Assembly: GCA_964593005.1 (NCBI GenBank)
Contig: CAZQGT010000001.1
Location: forward strand, 1-51,901
Direction: 5' to 3'
DNA length: 51,901 bases
Origin: an uncultured Planctomycetales bacterium
Lineage (GTDB): Bacteria; Omnitrophota; Gorgyraeia; Gygaellales; Profunditerraquicolaceae
The translations under genes were made by a program, and so were the position numbers. The notes under the pieces were generated by a model. It ran no database searches. It saw only the letters and a list, made by a program, of their open reading frames with translations, and was not told where the DNA came from. How positions within the stretch are numbered: the first letter of the stretch is position 1; the number at the start of each line of letters is the position of its first letter. Positions 46,298 through 51,901 of the stretch are shown piece by piece.

Positions 46298-47283
46298 AGG
46301 AACCTATAGTGACTCCTCCACTTTTAAAAACCATAAGCGTTATAATCCCTGCTGAATCTGTTTGTGCCAGCGCTCCAGTTTTGGATTGTTTAAAGGAAAT
46401 TGATTATCCGCGGGAAAATATTGAAATAATTATAAGTATTGGTAATTGGCCATCAACTCAGAGGAATCAGGCTGCCAGGCTTGCAAAAGGGGAGATATTA
46501 TATTTTTTTAACCGGGATACTCAACTGCAGCCGGATGTATTTAAGAAGATGGCGTTAATAATAAATAGGGATACGCGCATAGCCGGCGTAGGAGGGGTTG
46601 ATATTACTCCTCCAGGCAATAACTATATGCAGCACCTCTTTGGCTATGCCATGAGTTCATTTTTTGCGCATTGGAAGATGAGGGCCAGGTATGTGCAGGT
46701 AGGCAGGGAGAAGGTTGCCTGCGAGAATGAGCTTTTATTAAGCAATATGGCTATTAAAAAGTATGTTTTCTTAGAGGCAGGCGGGTTTAATGAGGGCTTA
46801 TACCCTAACGAAGAGAATGAGTTAATCAACAGGATTTCAAAGAGGGGGTATAAATTTATTTATAGCCCGGATATTAAGATTTACAGGGATAGAAGGAAGA
46901 ATCTGTTCAGGTTTATGAGGCAGTTCTATTCTTATGGTGGCGGGAGGTTAAACCAAATGAAAATAGAAGGTGTACTTAAAAACATCAAGTTTTTAATGCC
47001 CCTATCCTTTTTCGTTTACTGCCTTTCCTTATTTTTACTGGGCAATTCATGGGTATTTTTCATTCCGCTTATCGTTTATATAAGTTTAGCAGTAGTAGAT
47101 AGTTTATATCTTTCTGTGAAACATAGAAAAAACCTGTTAATTTTACCTGCCATATATCTAGCAATGCATTTTTCCTATGCTTTTGGTATGTTGTCCGGAA
47201 TCTGCAGAAATATAACAAGGCAAAAGACAAAAAGAGCCCTTCCGGAAAATAATAAAATACTTTACATAAAAGAACTGGGATAA
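46294..47283 (+). CDS. GT2-like glycosyltransferase with C-terminal transmembrane helices
   Basis: ISVIIPAES start and QRNQAARLAKGEILYFFNRDTQLQPD (the DxD position reads NRD). Two or three C-terminal hydrophobic helices. Confidence 0.65.
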   Translation: MKEPIVTPPLLKTISVIIPAESVCASAPVLDCLKEIDYPRENIEIIISIGNWPSTQRNQAARLAKGEILYFFNRDTQLQPDVFKKMALIINRDTRIAGVGGVDITPPGNNYMQHLFGYAMSSFFAHWKMRARYVQVGREKVACENELLLSNMAIKKYVFLEAGGFNEGLYPNEENELINRISKRGYKFIYSPDIKIYRDRRKNLFRFMRQFYSYGGGRLNQMKIEGVLKNIKFLMPLSFFVYCLSLFLLGNSWVFFIPLIVYISLAVVDSLYLSVKHRKNLLILPAIYLAMHFSYAFGMLSGICRNITRQKTKRALPENNKILYIKELG

Positions 47284-47332
47284 TATTCCCGCGGTGTCTC
47301 TAAGGCGGGCTGCTTAACGGAGACTATTTGGT

Positions 47333-47361
47333 TTGGAATTATGATTAAACTGTTATATAAT
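47333..47361 (+). promoter_or_regulatory. Putative promoter (TTGGAA-17-TATAAT) for the MoxR operon
   Basis: Consensus -10 at 47356-47361. Identified by eye only. Confidence 0.4.
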
Positions 47362-47410
47362 AACAACAAATACCTTTCCTTTTAGGCGATCATAAATTAA
47401 GGAGGCGACA

Positions 47411-48337
47411 ATGAGCAATGAGGCCATTAATAAGCTGGTAGCGAATATAGAAAAAGTCATTGTGGGTAAGACAGAGGCGGTAAAAATGCTGGTTATAGGG
47501 CTTTTGACTAACGGCCATATCCTGATTGAAGATATCCCCGGGATGGGCAAGACAATGCTCGCTTTGACATTAGCTAAATCTATCAGCGCAGAATTTAAAA
47601 GGATACAGGCTACTCCGGATTTGTTGCCTACCGATATAACCGGCGGTTTTGTTTATAGCCCTAAAACCGGAGAGTTTGATTTCAAAAGAGGCCCCGTGTT
47701 CACGCATATACTTTTGGTTGACGAAATTAATAGGACTACGCCGCGCACCCAATCGGCGCTCTTAGAATGTATGCAAGAGTATAAGGTTACTGTTGAGGGC
47801 TTGACATACGCATTGCCTGCCCCCTTTATGACTATCGCTACGCAAAACCCAATTGAATATCAGGGGACATATTCTCTGCCTGAAGCCCAGATAGACAGGT
47901 TTTTGATGAAGATAAACATAGGCTATCCTTCTTTGGTTGAGGAGATAAAGGTTATTTCCGAGCAAAAGATTAAGCATCCCGTGGAAAGTGTTATGCCGGT
48001 TATGACGCTTGAAGACGTTGTGAAGCTGCAGGAGCAGGTGAAAAAAGTACAGGTTTCTTCAGAAGTATTGGAATATATCGTTAAGCTGGTTTCTTCAACC
48101 CGTAAATCTGAAGTAGTAAAGCAGGGTGCCAGCCCGCGTGCCTCGATTGCGATTATGAAAGCAAGCTGCGCCTGGGCATTTATTGAAGGCAGGGATTATG
48201 TCATCCCCGATGATGTTATTAAGCTCCTGCCCCGTGTTTTAAAACACAGGATTATATTGCATCCAAAAGCGGTAATTTCCGGGATGACTCCGGAGTTAGT
48301 TATTGAAGGCATATTGAAACAAATCCCGATTTCCTGA
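47411..48337 (+). CDS. MoxR-family AAA+ ATPase
   Basis: AAGGAGG RBS. GHILIEDIPGMGKT Walker A, LLVDEINR Walker B, ATQNPIEYQGTYSLPEAQIDRF. Confidence 0.92.
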   Translation: MSNEAINKLVANIEKVIVGKTEAVKMLVIGLLTNGHILIEDIPGMGKTMLALTLAKSISAEFKRIQATPDLLPTDITGGFVYSPKTGEFDFKRGPVFTHILLVDEINRTTPRTQSALLECMQEYKVTVEGLTYALPAPFMTIATQNPIEYQGTYSLPEAQIDRFLMKINIGYPSLVEEIKVISEQKIKHPVESVMPVMTLEDVVKLQEQVKKVQVSSEVLEYIVKLVSSTRKSEVVKQGASPRASIAIMKASCAWAFIEGRDYVIPDDVIKLLPRVLKHRIILHPKAVISGMTPELVIEGILKQIPIS

Positions 48338-48344
48338 CCTAAGT

Positions 48345-49571
48345 ATGTATAAGAAATTTTTGGGAAAGTGGATTCTTTTCCTCGTTCTTCTGGGCTTTAG
48401 CCTGTTTATGAGCCTGAAGACCCCCTATGTCGTTTTCTCCTTTTTCTTTTGGATCCTTCTTTCTATTTTGACAGTAAGTTTATTATGGCTGGCCCTGGTC
48501 TATCTTTTTAAGAAATTATATTTAGAAAGAAAGATAACCCTAAAACTAGAAGAGGATGATATCCTGGAGATTTCCTTAGGCATAAAGAATAAAAACTTTC
48601 TGCCTGTTTTTGATGTTGTATTAGAAGATTATTTGAGCTGTACTTATGAACAGGAAAGGCAAAAGTTTATTTTGCCGGGTTTATTAATGCCCAACTCATC
48701 CAGTACTCTTACTTACCGATGCCTTTGTCCGCTCCGGGGCAGGTATGAAGTAGGCCCGATAACCGCTTATTTCTTTGATCCGCTTGGGCTATTTTATTTT
48801 AAACAGGTATATCCGGTATATTCGGAAGTGTATGTTTATCCGCGGACTTTTAAAATACATAAATTTCCGGCTTTAAATAAAGGGATTTCCCCCTGGCTTG
48901 GCGTTGAAACATCACGCGTCAGCGGGGATGATGATGAATTTTTCGGTGTACGCGAGTATAAAAGGGGAGACCCGTTAAAAAAGATACACTGGATGGTCTC
49001 TGCGCGTAAAAACCAGTTGATTGTGAAAGAGTTCCAACGCCAAAGTTTTTTCAGGGCGACGATAATGTTTAACCTGGAAAAAGAAGATAACTTTGGAGAA
49101 GGTAAAGAATCCGTCGAAGAGTATACGATAAAAATTGTTGCTTCAATCGCAAAATACCTTATTAATCTAGGTGTATCTGTTGAGGTTATTTCCCATGCGG
49201 GCGAGGTGGTGCATATTCCTTTTAACAAAGGGGAAGACCATTTGGAGGAAATCCTTAAATTTTTGACTGTTGCTCAGGCGGAGAGCAGGATAACCCTGCT
49301 TGAGTTGTTTGCCACTTTCCAGCGCAATATCTTAGAGGACTCCAGTTTGATTGTCGTGATGACCGATAAAAACAAGGCATTTTTGCCGGCAATGCTCTCT
49401 TTGGGGGTGAGGAATGTTTCTTTAGTGCCTATATTCCTTAAGTCTTCAACATTTCTCCAAAATGATCCTGCTCAAAAGAATGCCAAAGATGAAATCCTTG
49501 ATATATCCGAGCACATAAGCCTTAATCCTATTTATATCGCTTGTAAAGATAATTTAGAAGAGAAATTTTAA
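48345..49571 (+). CDS. DUF58-family protein (MoxR-associated, vWA-like)
   Basis: Two N-terminal TM helices and the DUF58 signature DDDEFFGVREYKRGDPLKKIHW. Confidence 0.85.
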   Translation: MYKKFLGKWILFLVLLGFSLFMSLKTPYVVFSFFFWILLSILTVSLLWLALVYLFKKLYLERKITLKLEEDDILEISLGIKNKNFLPVFDVVLEDYLSCTYEQERQKFILPGLLMPNSSSTLTYRCLCPLRGRYEVGPITAYFFDPLGLFYFKQVYPVYSEVYVYPRTFKIHKFPALNKGISPWLGVETSRVSGDDDEFFGVREYKRGDPLKKIHWMVSARKNQLIVKEFQRQSFFRATIMFNLEKEDNFGEGKESVEEYTIKIVASIAKYLINLGVSVEVISHAGEVVHIPFNKGEDHLEEILKFLTVAQAESRITLLELFATFQRNILEDSSLIVVMTDKNKAFLPAMLSLGVRNVSLVPIFLKSSTFLQNDPAQKNAKDEILDISEHISLNPIYIACKDNLEEKF

Positions 49572-49580
49572 CTTTAGGAT

Positions 49581-51901
49581 ATGGAAACCAAAGAACGTTA
49601 TTTTAATTTAGAATATTTTCTTACATTTTTGCTTTTTATTCCGCTGTTGTTTCTATTCCCCGAAGAAGCAGCGCCTCTGCGCATTTTTATTCTCGGCGGC
49701 ATTATCCTGGGGGCAGCAGTTGCCTATATCAGCCGCGATCAGCTTCATTCTTTCAGGAGATTTCTTACCCTGGCAGTCAGTTTATTAATTTTAGCCGGTA
49801 CAGCTTATTTTGTACTCAAGTCAACTTTTCTTTATAGAGATGTAATCGTTATTTGCATTAAAAGCCTCTCGCTTTTAATAGTTGCCAATAGTTTCAGCTC
49901 ATGCCTGCCTAGCCATCTTAATTCCATGCAGATTTTTAGTATTCTCTTATTTTTCTGCATATGCGCCTTGACTAAAGGTTACAGCAACCTATTTTTAATT
50001 TTGTCATCAGGGTTTATTTTTAATCTTTTGGCAGTGGTGAGAATAAAATTTTATGGCCTTTTCAGGAATTCACAGAAAACAGAGGATAAATACCAGGGCG
50101 TCAACGCCCTTTTTATTATCGTGCTTATTTTGTCCGGGTTGCTGGCATGGGCTTTATTTATGAACCTGCCATTAGGCAAAATTAAGGCGTTGGAACAGTT
50201 GAAAGAAGAAGACTTGATTTTAACTGAGGATAAGAAAGGCCCGCCTTTGCCGGAGGAGCAGATTCAGAAGGAGTTGACCAAGTTAACATTTAAGCTTTCT
50301 TCCCCCGAGGAAATGCGCCGGGTGCTGGCAGCGATCCAGGATTTGCTGATTAAAGAAAAGCCGTTTGCTTTTGAGGTGAGTAAGGCGCAGAAAGATATAT
50401 CGGAAACGCTTAACAACCCCGTTTTAGCCAGGGAGGAGAAGGCCGGAGAATTACGCAGTTCCATCAAGGTGTATGTGGGCGCCAAGATTTCAAATAACTT
50501 AACGCGGATGAAAAACGAGGTTAATCGGGTTATTGAAGATAACCGCATAGGTCTTAAGCAAAGGTTTATTATATTAAGTTCAGTTAATAAATTGGAATAC
50601 AGCAATTCTTTAGCGGGGATTAATCAGTACGATGAGCAGATGCGCAACGCCATTAATAATGCGCCTATTTCTGATGAGGCAAGGAAGCAGCTAAAGCAGC
50701 TTAATAATCAACTCAGGGAGTGGAAGGCATATCAGATTTATTCCAAGAAATTTGATTCTTTCCAGAAGAAAATTAATGCCCTGGATGAAAATAAAAAAGA
50801 GGATTTTAGCGAATTGGCCCGGCAAATTAGTGATGTAAATACAGCTTCCGAAGCTAACACGGTAGACGGCTTAATAGAGAAAATACGCCAGGTTGCCCTT
50901 TTGGAAGAAGATAAGCTTATTGATGAAGCAAAGCAGCTGCTTAAATTAAAGAGAATTATGCTTGCCTCCAAAGAAATCAGCCAGTTGCGGAAGAAACTGG
51001 AGGAATCTGGAGAGTCCGTAGACAGACCTCCGGAACTTGAAGATGCGCTTAATGCAGTTGAAGAATCCCGGGACGCAAAAGAAGTCCTGGAAAAAATAAA
51101 TAAACTCCTGAAGCGCTTAGCCGAAGACAACTATTTTAAGATTCCCAAGGAAGCAAAAGACATACTGGAGTCAAAGATAGAAAATTTGATCAAGGAATCC
51201 GTGGAGGCTTTAAAGAAACAAATCCGGGAAAGCAATCTTCCTGATTCAGGGGAGGCCCTGTTAGAGGGGCTAAAGGTAATGGACTCTGAACGCCAGAAAG
51301 AAAAAATAGCCGCTGCTTCTGCGCAAATGCAGGAGGTGCTGGAAAAGTTTTATAAGCAAGGCAGTATTACTAAAGAAACCAGGGATAATCTGATAAATGA
51401 GATAAAAAAGATGGAACAGCTTTTCCTTACAAGGGCGGAGTTGGCAGATATCGGCAAGCCAGATAATCCTATGGATAAGAGCAGGGCTCCGGATGAGAAG
51501 GAAAAATTAGCCAAGCTTTTGGAGGATTTATCTTTAAAAAATGAACAAAACGAGCGGATCAAGAAGCTTATAGAAAAGCTAAAATCCGCGCAAACAGTTT
51601 TTCAGGTTGATGATGTAATGGAAGTTCTTAATCAAGAACTCGAGGACTTAACCAAGAAAGAAGGCTCTAGGGAGATGGATAAGATCAAGGAGCTTATGCA
51701 GCAGGCAGCTGAAGCAAAGAAGATGCTCTTAAAGAATTCATCCCTGAGCAATGAACAAAAAGAGCGGATAGATAAATTGATGGATAAAATTGCTGCTGCT
51801 AAAACAATATCTCAGACAGAAGATGCGCTTGAAGAACTTAGCCGGAAACTCGAGGACTTAACCAAGAAAGAAGGCTCTAGGGAGATGGATAAGATCAAGG
51901 A
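49581..51901 (+). CDS. Large membrane protein (N-terminal multi-TM region plus long coiled-coil), 3' end outside window
   Basis: Absent from the ORF track because no stop is reached. I translated it by hand and it stays open from the ATG at 49581 to the window end. There are about 5-6 hydrophobic helices in the first 190 aa, then Glu/Lys/Leu-rich helical sequence. It occupies the position usually held by a TgpA/Bat-type partner in MoxR-DUF58 operons. Confidence 0.75.
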   Translation, partial: METKERYFNLEYFLTFLLFIPLLFLFPEEAAPLRIFILGGIILGAAVAYISRDQLHSFRRFLTLAVSLLILAGTAYFVLKSTFLYRDVIVICIKSLSLLIVANSFSSCLPSHLNSMQIFSILLFFCICALTKGYSNLFLILSSGFIFNLLAVVRIKFYGLFRNSQKTEDKYQGVNALFIIVLILSGLLAWALFMNLPLGKIKALEQLKEEDLILTEDKKGPPLPEEQIQKELTKLTFKLSSPEEMRRVLAAIQDLLIKEKPFAFEVSKAQKDISETLNNPVLAREEKAGELRSSIKVYVGAKISNNLTRMKNEVNRVIEDNRIGLKQRFIILSSVNKLEYSNSLAGINQYDEQMRNAINNAPISDEARKQLKQLNNQLREWKAYQIYSKKFDSFQKKINALDENKKEDFSELARQISDVNTASEANTVDGLIEKIRQVALLEEDKLIDEAKQLLKLKRIMLASKEISQLRKKLEESGESVDRPPELEDALNAVEESRDAKEVLEKINKLLKRLAEDNYFKIPKEAKDILESKIENLIKESVEALKKQIRESNLPDSGEALLEGLKVMDSERQKEKIAAASAQMQEVLEKFYKQGSITKETRDNLINEIKKMEQLFLTRAELADIGKPDNPMDKSRAPDEKEKLAKLLEDLSLKNEQNERIKKLIEKLKSAQTVFQVDDVMEVLNQELEDLTKKEGSREMDKIKELMQQAAEAKKMLLKNSSLSNEQKERIDKLMDKIAAAKTISQTEDALEELSRKLEDLTKKEGSREMDKIK
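51541..51901 (+). repeat. 210-bp (70-aa) in-frame tandem repeat, second copy truncated by the window end
   Basis: ATGAACAAAA at 51541 and 51751. The 53-nt stretch CTCGAGGACTTAACCAAGAAAGAAGGCTCTAGGGAGATGGATAAGATCAAGGA is identical at 51639 and 51849. Confidence 0.85.

Noticed and set aside
11674-47410. The island as a mobile element or genomic island acquired by site-specific integration
   Set aside because: No integrase, transposase, flanking tRNA or terminal direct repeats are visible. The membrane-protein genes look A+T-rich by eye, but Phe/Ile/Leu-rich composition could explain that. I did not compute GC content, so no horizontal-transfer claim is made.
50264-51562. Minus-strand Ser-rich ORFs (50264-50605, 50738-51130, 51350-51562) listed in the track where no + ORF is listed
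   Set aside because: The + strand frame starting at 49581 is open through the window end and gives a coherent TM plus coiled-coil protein. The track omitted it only because it has no stop. The minus ORFs are its Ser/Leu-rich antisense shadows.

Overview
The window has three parts. (1) 1-11.7 kb is a housekeeping nitrogen and nucleotide block, all on the + strand: the 3' part of a type III glutamine synthetase, a stand-alone Fis-type HTH protein, glutamate synthase gltB and gltD, a PEP/pyruvate-binding-domain protein, and CTP synthase pyrG. pyrG is interrupted by one in-frame TAA at a conserved Gln codon. (2) About 12.8-47.3 kb is an unusual envelope or tailoring island. It carries 11 radical-SAM genes, 8 of them with an N-terminal cobalamin-binding-type domain (class B). 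These are interleaved with 4 small class I SAM methyltransferases, 4 polytopic ArnT/PMT-like GT-C membrane transferases, 3 GT2 glycosyltransferases, a peptidase-U32-family protein, a Wzm/Wzt-like ABC-2 exporter and a 565-aa Lys/Gln/Glu/Ala tandem-repeat protein. The first 22 kb of this island reads as three iterated cassettes, each ending in its own GT-C gene, and a chimeric gene remnant sits at one cassette joint. Just upstream is a separate unit: a strongly basic 36-aa ORF followed by an rSAM-SPASM enzyme. That enzyme's reading frame extends about 100 codons upstream with no canonical start codon. I read this unit as a candidate RiPP-like pair. (3) 47.4-51.9 kb holds a MoxR AAA+ ATPase, a DUF58 protein and a large membrane/coiled-coil protein that runs off the window and contains a 210-bp repeat. 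I saw no rRNA, tRNA, CRISPR array, transposase or integrase. All functional calls rest on motifs read by eye in the supplied translations. No database search was run.
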